The notes under the pieces: generated by a model
Told to the model about the DNA's origin: nothing
What the model saw: the letters and a program-made list of their open reading frames with translations, nothing else
Database searches by the model: none
Translations under genes and position numbers: made by a program
Shown here: positions 13,311 to 25,834 of the stretch, in pieces
Layout: every line of letters begins with the position of its first letter
Position numbering within the stretch: position 1 is the first letter of the stretch
Source: Camelus ferus
Taxonomy: Eukaryota
Length of the DNA stretch: 64,000 bases
Assembly (NCBI RefSeq): GCF_009834535.1
Contig: NC_045715.1
Coordinates: 5,208,001-5,272,000 of the forward strand
Reading direction: 5' to 3'

Positions 13311-15290
13311 CCACAGCCATCGTGGTGGCCTTGGTTCTGCGGCAGGAAGGTTCCTTCTGCCTTGGTGGAAAAATAATGTTATTTTCACCCTGTTCCCCGC
13401 ATTGTTGCTTTAGGGCATGTTAAGTAACATCTCTCCCTCCCTTATATGTAGGAAGATTAGTTCTGGGCTTTGTCTTGATGCCAGAGCATCTTAACTAATT
13501 TTTCCTAAATTCGCTTAAGTTATATTGCAGACAATCCGTTTAGAGAAAAAAAAATCACCCGTATGTGTCAAATGTCTTCACTTTTATGGGGCCTAGAAGT
13601 CATAGTGAGAAAGTCATACGTACAGAACAGTGTTTCCTCTTTCATTGCTTTACTCTTAGTTTAATCAATACCTAATGGAATTTTAGTTCCGTTTCATACA
13701 ATATTTACTCCGTAAGGAAATGAATAGCAAAGGTTTTTTTTTTTTTTTAACAAAAGAAGGTTGCTAGATTCTCAGTTGAATCAAAACTTGAAATTTTGTA
13801 AATGAGTGAAATAATTCAGTGACATAATCTTCTGATTCTCAGTTCATAGCCACCCACGCCTTTCTGGATAACTGGTTCTGCTTCCCACGTATCAGCACGG
13901 TCTGAGGTGCGTGAGCAGAACTCTGGGCGGTGGTTTGTCATGTGGGGCTGGGGTTTATTTTTTTACTGTTTGTCAGTTTAAGTTATCAGATTCGGAGCCT
14001 AGATGTCTTCTTCCAGGACTGCGTCATTAAGTACTACCTGTTCCTAATAAGGTTCAGCGTGGGCTAGCAAATCCAATAATGAGGCGAATTTGGTAAAGCA
14101 GTAGGAAATTTCGCAGTAACTACAACAAATATACATCATCGTACTCTTTGTGGAGATGACACACTGGAAATTTCAGGTGGTGCTTATTTTTAAATGTATG
14201 CTCTATTTAATGTGTCCCTAAGTTCTCAGTCTCCAAAATAAATCTAGCACAGACAGTACCCCCCCCCCCTTCATCTACCACACAAAACATGGGCTGTTAC
14301 TTGTCCCGGGCCGTGCAGTGTATAGTGGCCTCGGCTTTCTCTTGGCATCTAAAGCCAAGGAACTAATATTCTGCGAGGTGATGTATTTTAATCCCAATAA
14401 GCACCTAGGAATTCATCGAGTGAAAAGTCAAGGTTAGCAATCGACCTTGGCAAATCGATGCTTGTAAATTATTTCAATGTGAAATTGTGTTTCAGGTGAG
14501 AGACACGCGTGGGTGTTGAGAGGAAGCAATAAACCATCCAACTTCAAACGGCGACCTGTCATCGCACCACTGTTCTCACTGGCCATTATTCACAAGCGTC
14601 CCTTTGATTTATTTTTCTCCCTGGGTCTGTAAATCTCTTTCTTGGAGTACACATTGCATGAGTAGTAAGTTCCACGGGCCAGGAGATCGCCAGGTTCATC
14701 TCTTAGACTTCAGCTTTATTAGTAACAGCAACAAAAAAGCGGATTGACGCAAGCTTTCCAGAGCCCCAGGTGAAAACGCAATGATTTTAGACTCCACTTT
14801 TTTGTTTCATGTGTATTTGTGTTTTTTTTTTTTTCTTTTCACTAAATGAACTTCTCTGTGATGGTTTGTTCCATGATGCTTTGAGAAGTGCAGAAACCAG
14901 CAGCTGAAGAGATGAGACGTGTCAGCTGGTCCCTCCGTCTCCCGGGATAGGGTGGCTTTACCTGGAATTACGTCGTGGACCCTGTTTCTCTGTCGTTCTC
15001 TCACTTTTCCAGCTGAAACTCCCCAGCAGGCTGATGTTCGTCTCTTAATTAGTTGCCTTGTTCAGTTGAGTCAAGTGCTAAGGAGATCAAGTCTTGGATT
15101 TAAGAATGACAGTCACCCTGCAATTGACACAGGGACGTAACTGTTCAGAGTACATTGATCTCTGTGGAGTCCATCAGCCTTCTTATACTTTTAGGCCAAA
15201 TCAGCTAAGTTCTTGCCATGAGTCATTAGGTAGACCTGGATGCAAGACCAGAGGGCTGTGGACTCTGGGCTCACAAGGAGCCACAGAGAT

Positions 15291-15654
15291 TGTCTTGGTT
15301 GGTAGGTCTGCTTGAACAGGATACCAGAGGTGGGGTGGCTTATAGACAGCAGAAGTTCGCTTCTCACAGTTCTGGAGGCTGGGAAGTCCATGATCCAGGC
15401 ACTGGCAGATTTGGTGTCGGGTGAGCGCCTGCCTCCTGGCCGGGCTTGGACAGCCGTCTGTCCTCACGCGGTGGAAGGAGTGAGGAAGTTCTCCCGGGTC
15501 TCTGTTCTCAGGGCACTGACCCCACTCAAGAGGGCCCCACCCTCCTGACCTGAGCACCTCCCAAAGGCCCACCTCCTAATCCCACTGGGGGTTAGGAATT
15601 CAACATAGGAACTTTGGCGGGGGAGGGGGAGACACAGACATTCAGTCTGTAGCA
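15291..15654 (-). mobile_element. MLT1A-like MaLR solo LTR
   Basis: tgtcttggtt...ggtggcttatagacagcagaagttcgcttctcacagttctggaggctgggaagtcc ... acattcagtctgtagca. Confidence 0.85.
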
Positions 15655-16379
15655 GAGATGGTCCTGGTCATCATCCTACAGGTGCAGACCTGAGACAGAG
15701 GAAGTCAGAGCCTGTTCACAGTCACACAGGCCCTTGGAGCTGGTACTGGCCGACCACTGCCCAGTCCAGCTCTCTCCTGGTGTCTCCTCAGATGGCCCAG
15801 ATCACTGTTGGAAGCAGGCGAACGCACCGATGCAGTGTTCATGTCCCACGTTTTCCCAGGTGTTTCCTCCTCCCTGAGGCAGTGACAAATGGCAGTCTTG
15901 TTCATCTCGAGGGTGAGGACTCAGACATCCCTTCCACCCCCGTGCGGGGAAGTCTGCTCTGTGCTGCACCCTGGGCTGAGGGTAGGGGTATGAGGACCCC
16001 TCGTGCACCTGCTTATGTGAGAGACTTCTACATCGTCCTTGAGATCTGCACCACGTGGAGCTGAAGGGAGACAATCTGCAAAGTAACCCCCCTGGATTCA
16101 GGCTTTATAACGACCAGCCTCAGCTCAGGGACCAGAGGAACCCCTGCAAGGATTAGCGGGGCTTGATTTCACAGATTCCACAGTCCGATGCCAGTGATAC
16201 AGGCAGAGCAGCATCATGGGCACCGACGGGCCTCCTGGCCAGCCTGGGGAGATTGGATCATCTCATTACATCATTTTTAATTATTACCTCTTGACCTCAC
16301 TCGCTGACTTTCTCTCACCACACCAGGCCCTGATTTTAATTGGTCAGTAGCCTGAGACTAACAAGCTTACTCGAACTTT

Positions 16380-16990
16380 CCAACACAGAGCGAGAAAACG
16401 CCGCTGCTGCGAATTCCAAGGTTCGGACGGTAAAATCTGTCCAGGGCTCCAAGGGAGGCGGAGAGGAGAGAGCCCCTTGCTCAACAGAATAGCCTCATTT
16501 CGGGGCCTGCGTGCCAAGCTTAATTTGTTAAAATGACCACGCTTAGTTCTCAATTATCCGTTTCAAGGGTTATTTACGCTGTGGATTTGCAATGGTCACC
16601 AGGTCGCAGCCAATCGAAGCCGGTGGGGCAGGGTCGGACGCTGCACCAGGGATTGCGGATCAAGTCAGAAAACGACCAGAAACGTGGATTAGCTCGGGGA
16701 CGGCCTGTGGAGATTAGTGATGAGATTAGCGTTGTAATTTTTTCCTCCCGCAAAGAAAGGCGGTTTGATGCCAGTTGAAGGTCATTGTGCAAGTTACTTA
16801 GCTCTTCTGGGCCTCGGGTTTTCCCTGTGAATAAAGAGTAAGTTCTCTTTTCCCTTCCAGTGCCAACACCCCATAAGCACAGGACCGTGACTGCAAACAC
16901 CTGCAGGAGCTGATAGCGAGCTAGCCCAGCGTCCTGACCCGGCAGCTCGCTTCAGTAAATAAACAGTGAGGATTTATAGCTGACAACAGC
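16380..16990. promoter_or_regulatory. CpG-retaining unique element with CCAAT, GC-box-like, forkhead and homeodomain motifs (candidate intronic enhancer/promoter)
   Basis: About 25 CpG in 16380-16770 by eye at roughly 50% GC. Motifs AGCCAATCG, ggtggggcaggg, gttatttac, three gattag, and GTAAATAAACA near 16955. No repeat signature. Confidence 0.5.
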
Positions 16991-17344
16991 AGCGGCCGAA
17001 ACCTGCTTTCCCTGGCTTACGGTGTTTGTAAAAAATAAAATAAAATAATGTCTACAAGGCTTAAGAGCATATCATCTTAGACTCCTTGAAACTTTAGCAG
17101 CTTTGATTTTAACCCCCACCCTCCTTAGTAGTTGCCCCTTTGTCAGCGTCATTTCCGTGTGCTTCGAGAGCCCGGTTGCTGATGGCTACGTGTGAAAGCA
17201 GACATTCCAAAGTGACGACGTCTTGAATTGATGGGCTTCTGGTGATGCTTTTTGAGTCTCCTGCTGTTTATAGTATCTTTATCAGCATCTCCTCTCGCAT
17301 TCAAAAGAGGCAAACGCTATTGCGGGAAAGGGAGGCGCGTGAGT

Positions 17345-17346
<2 letters not shown>

Positions 17347-17375
<29 letters not shown>

Positions 17376-17380
17376 TGTGT
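17347..17380. repeat. (GT)n microsatellite
   Basis: About 12 uninterrupted GT units at 17347-17370, plus imperfect flanks. Confidence 0.95.
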
Positions 17381-19984
17381 GATCTAACAGCCGCCTCCCG
17401 TCCACGCGAGGTCCGCCCTCCTCTCACGACCGCCCCCAAACACGTCACGGCTCCCCCTCATCTCAGGTAAAGGCCGTGAAGTGGGAGGCAAATGAGATAA
17501 TAAATGCAAAAAGCCCTGGAACTCTTAAGGAGCTTTTAAACGTAGGCTTACAGAGTTGTCTCGTGGAGTCCGGTAATCCCAGTGGGAAACATAAATGTCC
17601 GTAAAATGTCCCATCGAAGCCCTCGTTTTCCCGCATACTGGCCTTTGCCCCGTCGCCCCAGTGTCTCACAGCATCTCTGTCTACATTTATGCCCTGAAGT
17701 CGCTCTTCCTTTGCCTCTCTCCCTGGCCCCGCAGTCCTGGGAAGCCAGGTCTTGGAACTGTATCTGAGTGGTGGGAGCCCTTGGCTCTGTCCTCACTTAG
17801 CTCAGGGGTTGCAGGGGTAGCTCTCCTAACTAAAGTTTTCTTTTCCTTGGTGGGAGGGTGAGTTTATATATTTAGTGATTCTGGGGTTCCTTTTACTGTC
17901 CGTTTTATGTCCAGGTTCAGGAACACAGTGGAAGTATTTATTGGAATGGCTCTATTTTTCAAACCAACTGATTCAATCGATTCAATAATATTTCATTACT
18001 TTAAAAAATTACATTCAACGCCTGTTTCCTAGTGCCCCCTCAGCCTTCGCCTGAATTGGTCAAGGGGAGGTATTCAGGCTTCTGCTACAAAATAAAGCAG
18101 AGCAAAAGGGGGCCGCACATCCTTGCCTGTGGCCGGGGCTCCAGTCAGTCGAGCTGGTCCGTCCACCATGTCCGTCTCAGTTTTAGGGGAAAGCGCCCGC
18201 TCGCTGCCTGTCGCGGGGAGCTGTTAGGTTTCAGAACTGAGACTGCTCTCCAAGGGCCACTTAATGGGGAAGAAGAAGAAGTATGTCTCCCTTCCAGAAC
18301 GTAGTAATGAAGGCGAAGATGACGAAGCAAAGTATTTCTACATGGACGATCCCTCCTGTGGAAATGAACAGAGTCCCTTCATTCCGGCGGCTTGGCATCC
18401 ACTTCTTAATAGAGCCTTCATTAACTCAAGCCGTATCCTCTGAAGAACTTTCTTGCCGAATCCCCAGGCTGCTTTGTTTCTTGTTTGCTGAAAGACCAGT
18501 CCTCTTCTTTTTGGCCCTGCCTGATGCCACTGGACTTCAACCCAGCTCTTCATCGTGGGGCGGTGACGCACCGAGAAATCCGAGAGAGAGGCACCTGCGG
18601 CGCCTGACGTTCGGGCCGGGCTCTGCCAGGCCGGGTCTGAATGCGTCCTTGAGAGCAAACCCAGGTGAACAGGAAATCATTTCCTTCTGGCCGACATGGA
18701 GCTCTGAGGTCCACTGCGATCAGCTGCCGCGGCCGGGACAATGGGACCCTGCCAAGTCATGCTTCGCCCCCAGGCTTGGCATCCCCGTGATCTCAGGTGG
18801 TTTCACGAAATAGCTCCGGGACTAAAAAGGTCTGTGCAGATAATAGAGCAGTGTCGGAGGAAATATTTTCCCTCCATGCTTGCCTCCCAGTTTGGGAGAG
18901 GTGTGCCAAACTGGGGTGGGTGGGAAGCCCAGTGTTCCCAGAATGCAGCGCGAGGACAGATGCCTTCTGTGTCTCCACGGGGCTGATGCAGAGTTTGGCC
19001 TGGGGGCGCCTCTCGTGAGAGTGGTTCTCGGTTGGCGGAAGCAGCAGCCTGCCTGACGTTTAGCAAGGTGGGGTGCATGGTTGGATGGCAGGACTGATGT
19101 GCAAGGTCAGCTTGATCCAGGGCGGGGAGACACGTGCACCCCCTGAAGTCTGTAGGAAGCCCTTTCTGTCCAGGAGAGACAGGGTTCCCTGAACCAGACA
19201 GATCCAGAGGGCAAATTCCAAAATCAGCTTCCTGAACACACAGAACTTGGCCAGCTGGCCATTTAGAGAGCTCTGCTCGAGAGGTCTTCAGCTCGAATGA
19301 GAGCCTTATGCAAGCCAGCTAATTTAATACCGGCCCCATTGTTTAATGATGTTTTGGGTTTAAAAGAAGAGTATGACTAAGTCCTGTGGGAAGAGGGTCT
19401 GAAGGTTTTCATTCACTCGGTCACCCCCGAGGACCTCTCTGTTCCTGCCGCCAGCTGTGCAAAGGGGCTTTAAACGGGTGTGTCCCTGTCCTCTGCACCT
19501 ATGGTGTCATACAGTGGAGTGTCATTCAGAGACTAAGGGTAGCCCTGAGAGTTGATCTTTCTCGAACCCTGGTTTCCAGAGGGCTTTTCATGTGGCAGTC
19601 AGAACTCAGATGGCTCGGTCGCCATGTTCAGCGTGAGCCTGGATTTTGAAGCACAGCTGAGGGAGGTTGCTGGCATCTGATAAGCAGGTGTTAGACCTCC
19701 CATCAGGGCGGAGGAAGGGCAGGTGGTCAGCGGACCTGCAGAGAAGGTGCGGCCCTCCCCTCCGTGCGCTGCTTCTGAGCAGGTTGCCCACAAGGAGAGG
19801 GCGGCAGCGGTGCCCTCGAATGGACTGACACGTCTCCTCTGGATTCTCAGTGGACCATGGAGCATCACCATGGTTCCTTCATCCCAGGGAGATGCTCTTA
19901 GGCAATGCCCGCTTGCCAGATGCTGGAAGTGAGGAGATCTGGGGCCCACGCGGCAGTCTGGCTCAGGGTGCACACGCTGGAGCA

Positions 19985-20525
19985 GGGACTGGGTTGGGCA
20001 CTCGGTGAGCAGGTCCTTGCTGGCTGCCTGCTTCATGCTGGACACTGCTGGAGGCTGGGATACGACAGGAGAGAAGAGAGACAGGGTCCCTCCACTGATG
20101 ACCCTCTCATTCTAAGGAGGGAAACATGAACCCGAGTAAACAGAACGTAAATAGCATCACCTCAGGCTTTGACGGCTGCTAGGAAAGAAGCACAGAAAGG
20201 GCTGAGTGGATGGGGTTGGCCGGGGTTGGCCAGGGCTGGTCCCTCCATCTGAGGAGGGGAGGAAGGAACTGAAGCATGGGAAGGACCTGCTTTGTGAGGA
20301 GTCAAGGGACAGCATCACAGGCAGAGGGAGCAACAGGTACAAACGCCCCGAGGCAGGTGACCTGGGCTGGTGCCAGTGTGGCCGGAGGAGTGGGAGAGGT
20401 GGGTCAGGCCGAGGAGGGAGACAGCGGCCACATCACTGAGGGCTTTGGATTCCTTGAAAAAGAGCTGGATTTGTTCTAACTGGACTCCACTGAAGCGTTT
20501 GAATGCAGTTGTGACGTAATCCAAG
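19985..20525 (-). mobile_element. L2 LINE 3' remnant
   Basis: gacagggtcccctccactgatgaccctctcattctaagg and gaagcgtttgaatgcagttgtgacgtaatcc resemble the L2 3' region. Confidence 0.55.
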
Positions 20526-20845
20526 AAGCTGCTACGAGATGAGGGTCTGTGTTGGGTGTCTCCATCACACGAAAGCCTCAGGGACTCCCCAGTGCTTCCA
20601 ACTGGCTTTCAGTGTCCTTCAGCCTGGCTTTCATTGCTTCCCTTCATGCAAACTAAGCTCCAGCTACTGTCCACCTCTCCTCCCTGCACTTTCCTGCCTC
20701 GAGGCCTTGGCCACACCATGGTCTCCATCTCCAGAGAACTCGCCCCATCAAGGCTCTGTTCCCATGGCGCCCCCTTCACCTCACCTTTCTTTCAGAGTTT
20801 TCCCAGCTCAGCTGTGATCTTCTTTCTCCACCAACCATTGAATAC

Positions 20846-21029
20846 CACTACGTTTCACCAATTTCAAGACACACATCTTTTTGCCACATTTAACTTCTGA
20901 GGCTAAGTTGTACCTGACACTTGATAGCGTACCACAGCTTAGTCGGTAGTGCTTCCAATGTTCTTAGCAGGTGTATAAAGGGATGCTGTGTTTTACAGTG
21001 AGTGGCGTCTTAGATTGGATAAAATATGG
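20846..21029 (+). mobile_element. MER104-like (TcMar-Tc2) MITE remnant
   Basis: gtttcaccaatttcaagacacacatc...gcgtcttagattggataaaatatgg resemble the MER104 TIR regions. Confidence 0.55.
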
Positions 21030-21377
21030 TTATCAGTCTACCGTGTACTACTGTAATCCATGTAATTGCATTTATCCTCCTGAAATGAGAGTTCTGTGCT
21101 CAAGGAGAACGTGGTACCCCCTTTTTGTATCCCAAGGTGGGCACACTTGCTGACGTGCAAAGGTGGTGCTCTGCAGTGAATCTAAAATGCTAAATAAGAG
21201 GAAAATGTGCAGGAAACAATAAGGGGCTTACTCCGGCTAGATCTGATGGACCTACTTGGAGGACTATGTGACGTGGAAATGTCTAGGATGGGGTGGGTGA
21301 CCGGTTTAGCGGAGAGCCCCAATGCTAATCCAGTAATCACTAGGATTATCTGAGACTACAAGTTAGATGCAAAGTCA

Positions 21378-21734
21378 TGGCTACAGACCAAAAGCTTGGG
21401 TCCCCCGCCAAATCCATGCAATGAAATGTTACCCCCAAATACATTGGGGGTGGGGTCTTGGGAGGTGGAGTTGAATGAGGTCATATGGGTGGGGCCCTCG
21501 TGAGTGAGATTAGTGCCCTTGTGAAAGTCATGAGAGTGTTGACTTCTCCTGCTACGTGAGGACACGGTGTAAAGGTGGCCTCTGTGAACCAGGAAGCAGG
21601 CTTGCACCAGACTCCAGGTTGCGGGCATCTTGACCTTGGATTTCCCAGCCCCCAGAACCGTGAGAAATAAGTTTCTGTTGCCCATAAGCCATTGAATCTA
21701 TGGTATTTTTGTTACAGCATCCAGAACTAAGACA
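21378..21734 (+). mobile_element. MLT1A/MLT1A0 MaLR solo LTR
   Basis: gagattagtgcccttgtgaaa, catcttgaccttggatttcccagcccccagaaccgtgagaaataagtttctgttg, and the end aactaagaca. Confidence 0.9.
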
Positions 21735-24020
21735 GCCATGGAGGTAGGAAATTAAAGCAGATGTTTAAGTAAGAAGTGATTAATGTCCTTTTGGTTTTAC
21801 CCCTCACTTCTGATCATTCTTCTTTTCCTGATTCTCCTCACTTCAAACATTGTAGATTTTCTTTTTTTTTTTTTAAGACTACCTTCTTTTGCCTCCAGGC
21901 ATCCTGCCATGTAAACTGGTTTTCCACACTCCTTTTTTCCCTTTGCCTTTCTCTCTGTTGTTCAGTAGAGATCATGGTCGTATACACAGTGAATGTCAGG
22001 GCAGAGTTTTCAGGCAGCTTGATGACTATCAGGACCAGTCAGCCAAGGCCTTTATTTAAACTGCTAGTTTCACATTCAACTTGAACTTCAGTGAGGATAA
22101 AGATTTTAGATCCCAAAGACACATGGGCAGTGCTAGACATCTCCTCTTTTCCCATTCCTGGAAAATTCACTCATTCGTTTATTCATTCAGCAAACATCTA
22201 GTGTTTTCTGCATGCCCATTACTCTACTGGGTTCAGAAAATACACAAATAAAGATGTTCCCCTCCTTCAAGCAGCTTCTATTTTAAACACAAAGGGAGCT
22301 GGGCAGCGGGTTTAATATAGTGTCAGAGAGCATACTGAGGACTCCTGTTAGACATGCAGAAACAACCTCCTGTACTGGGGTGATTTAAATTAAGGGACTG
22401 ACATTTCACTAAGGGCAGTGAGTGATTTGAAAAACAACTTCCATCTTTTTCTGTGACTGATTTTTGGTGTATAAAAACCAGCCATTACCCAGAAATACCA
22501 TCCCTCTTCTCCACCAACCTGCTGCTTGTAAACATACTTACGGGTCACACCAGAGTGACAAAATCTTCCGTAGAAAACAAAGTATTATTTCGAAGCACTT
22601 CTGGTGTTCAAAATGTAACCCTGTTTACATAATAACGCTGTTGATCTGCCGTAAATCTTCCTTGCCTGTTTCAATTTTTCGTCCCTAGTCTGGAGAGTCG
22701 ATTAGATCTAGTAGACGGAGTGACACAGAGGCTCAGAGAGTCCCGGCCTGAGTCTTTCCCATGTCAAAGAGCTGCACTGGTCATTTCATCTGTCACCCTC
22801 TCCGTGGAGCCAGAGTAGGCCCCGAGCTCAGTGCCCACACTGCGTGTGATGTGAAGTTCATAAAAATGTTATCTTTTTTGGCTTACAAAACCACACACTG
22901 ACATACAGGTATGTGAAGGGGCCTCCATCTACTCAACACACGCACACTTTTCATCTTGGCTGTAGTCCTCTTCAGAAGCGGCATGAGATTTGTATCTTTT
23001 CAGCTCGAGACACTGAGATGCTCCTTTTCTTCCTGCTTCTCTGCTCGGGTCATTTAAAGAACCGAGTCTGTCCTGCTGTCTTATTTTAATGGTTTAGGAG
23101 GGATGGGATTTTAACTGTATAGATGCATCAGATCCTCTGGAAGGAAACCAGATCTAACCCCACGAGAGGTCTGTGGAGGTTTCAAGTAACAGGAATGAAT
23201 GTGAACCAATGAGCACATATTTCATTATGACCGGGGAAAACAAACAGTGTCAATATTTGGTTCAAGGGCTTTTCAGTTTTACAAGAGCTCTCGGAGGACC
23301 ATGTAAGGCAAAATAAAACCCCACAAAGAGCATTTTGAGGGTCAGTAGAGATCATAAAATATTCTAGCACAGAAGTCACAAGGCCATTAAAATCTTAAAT
23401 GCTCCGCGATGTGAAAAATGTCCCAGTGAGACTTCCCACACTGAGCGGGGTCATCACGGACAGCACATTTGGGTCTGTTTATCTCTGGTTGGAATGACAC
23501 GTGACTGCAGCCGCATTTAGTCTCATTACTGCTCAAGTGTGAAGTGTGCACTTGGAAAGAATGCAGTCTCCCCCACGTAAGGATTGCTGCATTCTGAGAT
23601 GTGGGGTCAGCAGTGTGGTTGGAAGCTTTTTAGGAGATTAACATCCAACACATTTTCTGCAAAGCCTGCTCAACACATCCAGTTAACCGCTTGGTGCCAG
23701 CCTCCCAGGGGCCCTGGGACCCAGAGGCAGGTGCCGCTCTCTGAATTCCCAGCCCCTCCCCCCACCTGGGGGAGCAGGATCTTCAAATGACGGTGACATG
23801 TGCATTGTTATCCAACCCAGCTGGATAACACCGATTTCTTTTACAGTGATCACTTCTAAGCAAGAGTAGGCAACCTGTAAGTTATACTCCTGACATCCCA
23901 TTTCTAAGATTGCCCACCAGCTGACTTCCTTGTGTACAAACATCTTTATAATCCTTTACATCCTCATCCTGAAGTGTACATATCTCTTCTCATATGTAAA
24001 TTGCAACTTCTTCCCCCGGG

Positions 24021-24567
24021 TTTTTTTTTTAATTCTTATTTTTTATTGAAGTGTAGTTGATTTACAACAGGTGTACAGCAAAGCAATTCAGTTATTCTTG
24101 TATGTATATACATACATATGTATTTTCAGATTCTTTTCCATTACAGCTCATTATAAGAAATTGAATATAGTTCCCTGTGCTATACAGTGGGTCCTTGTTT
24201 ATTTTATATATAGTAATGTGTATCTGTTAATCCCAAACTCCTAATCTATCCCTTCCCCCACCCTGCCCCGGTAACAACAGTTTGTTTTCTGTCTGTGAGT
24301 CTATTTCTCATTTGTAAATAAAATTTGTATCTTTTTTGTTTTGAGATTCCACATGTAAGTGACATCATATGCTATTTGTCTCTGTCTGACTTACTTCACN
24401 NNNNNNNNNNNNNNNNNNNNNNNNNNNNNNNNNNNNNNNNNNNNNNNNNNNNNNNNNNNNNNNNNNNNNNNNNNNNNNNNNNNNNNNNNNNNNNNNNNNN
24501 NNNNNNNNNNNNNNNNNNNNNNNNNNNNNNTTAGGTTGTTAACCATGTCTTGGCTGCTGTAAATAGC
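24021..24567 (-). mobile_element. 5'-truncated L1 3' end containing an assembly gap (24400-24530, 131 N)
   Basis: Poly-T, then ttgaagtgtagttgatttacaac, ttgaatatagttccctgtgctatacag, gagattccacatgtaagtgacatcata, and after the gap ccatgtcttggctgctgtaaatag. Confidence 0.92.
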
Positions 24568-24766
24568 CCACCCAGATTTTTGACTCAAAACTGTATAGCT
24601 TTCAGTGTTGTACAAATGTATCCCATTGGCTCTTAATAGCTATATTCTCTGGTTGTTTTCTCTCTGGTTCCAAGGAACCCATACTTCTACTGAGCCTGGC
24701 AAGTGAAAAAGAAAGTGATTTAAATAAAGGGAGTATATTGAAGCAGTTGATAAAGAATTTTTAGTA

Positions 24767-25100
24767 CAGTCAGCCCTCTGTATCCTCTGGTTTCACATCC
24801 ATGGAGTCAGCCAATCATGGCTTGAAAATATTCAGGGAAAAAAATTCCAGAAAGTTCCATAAAGCAAAACTTGAATTTGCCATGCCAGCAACTATTTAGA
24901 TAGCATTTTCATTGTATTTACAACTCTTACATACCATTTACATTGCATTAGGTATAAGTAATCTAGAGATGACTTAAAGTATCCGGGAGGGTGTGTGTAG
25001 GTTATATGCAAATACTACACTATTTTATGTGAAGGACTTGGGCGTCAGAGAACTTCGGTGCTCAAGCTGGGTCCTGGAACCAGTATCCTCGGGAGGGCTG
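24767..25100 (-). mobile_element. MER2/MER2B MITE with TA TSD (opposite orientation to 1142-1462)
   Basis: TA|cagtcagccctctgtatcc ... gtaatctagagatgacttaaagtat ... gggtcctggaaccagtatcctcgggagggctg|TA. Confidence 0.85.
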
Positions 25101-25646
25101 TATGTATGGCTTTTCCTTAGGTATCTTTTTCTTTCTTTGAGTTGGACAACTCTCAATATTTCACATCCTAATGAAATTACTTTCCACTTAGTAGTCCGCG
25201 TGTGATTGGGTTACTCAGTACTTTCTCAAGACAAAAATGTAGTTTAGAATTGGCGTTTCATGCTTTATCAAGAGGCCATGAATCTAGGTAGCTAGGCAGG
25301 TAGGAAGGAAAAGCTTCAAGAACTATTATGAGCTGGGAATGGATCGGTTAACACCCCCGTCTCCAGTTTCAAGCATAGCATTGAACCAAAAATTGCCCCT
25401 AAGTGGAATAACTTCCTGACAAGAGGGTCCCGCTGTTTCCCTGCCCTGCCATTTCAACATTAAGAAGTCTATAAATGTCTAATTACAACATCTCGTGCTG
25501 CAGATTGTCAAGTCTCCTTTTACTCTTATGAGTGGAAAGCAGTGGGTCGTCCTCTTACATGATGCTGTCCTTAGCTGAGGGAGAGAGCAGTGCCCCACAG
25601 CAGCCTTCTCTCCTGTCCCATCTCCACCCTTCGCATACACATAGAG

Positions 25647-25834
25647 CAGAGGTTCTCAAAGTGTGTTCCACAAGCCAGCAACATTGACATCTTCTAGGGG
25701 ATGATTAGATGTGCATTTTGGGGGGCCGCTCCGCAGACCTACTAAACCAGAAACTCTAGAGAGGAGCCCATCAACTTGCGTTTTAACTGCCCGCTCCAGG
25801 CAATTCTGATGCGTGTTCAGTTTGAGAACCCCAG
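25647..25834 (+). mobile_element. MER5A (hAT-Charlie) MITE
   Basis: TIR-like ends cagaggttctcaaa / tttgagaaccccag. Internal cagacctactaaaccagaaactct. Confidence 0.85.

Noticed and set aside
1142-25100. Two MER2 copies in opposite orientation as ends of a large composite transposon
   Set aside because: Each has its own TA TSD and complete termini. They are independent insertions of a high-copy family.
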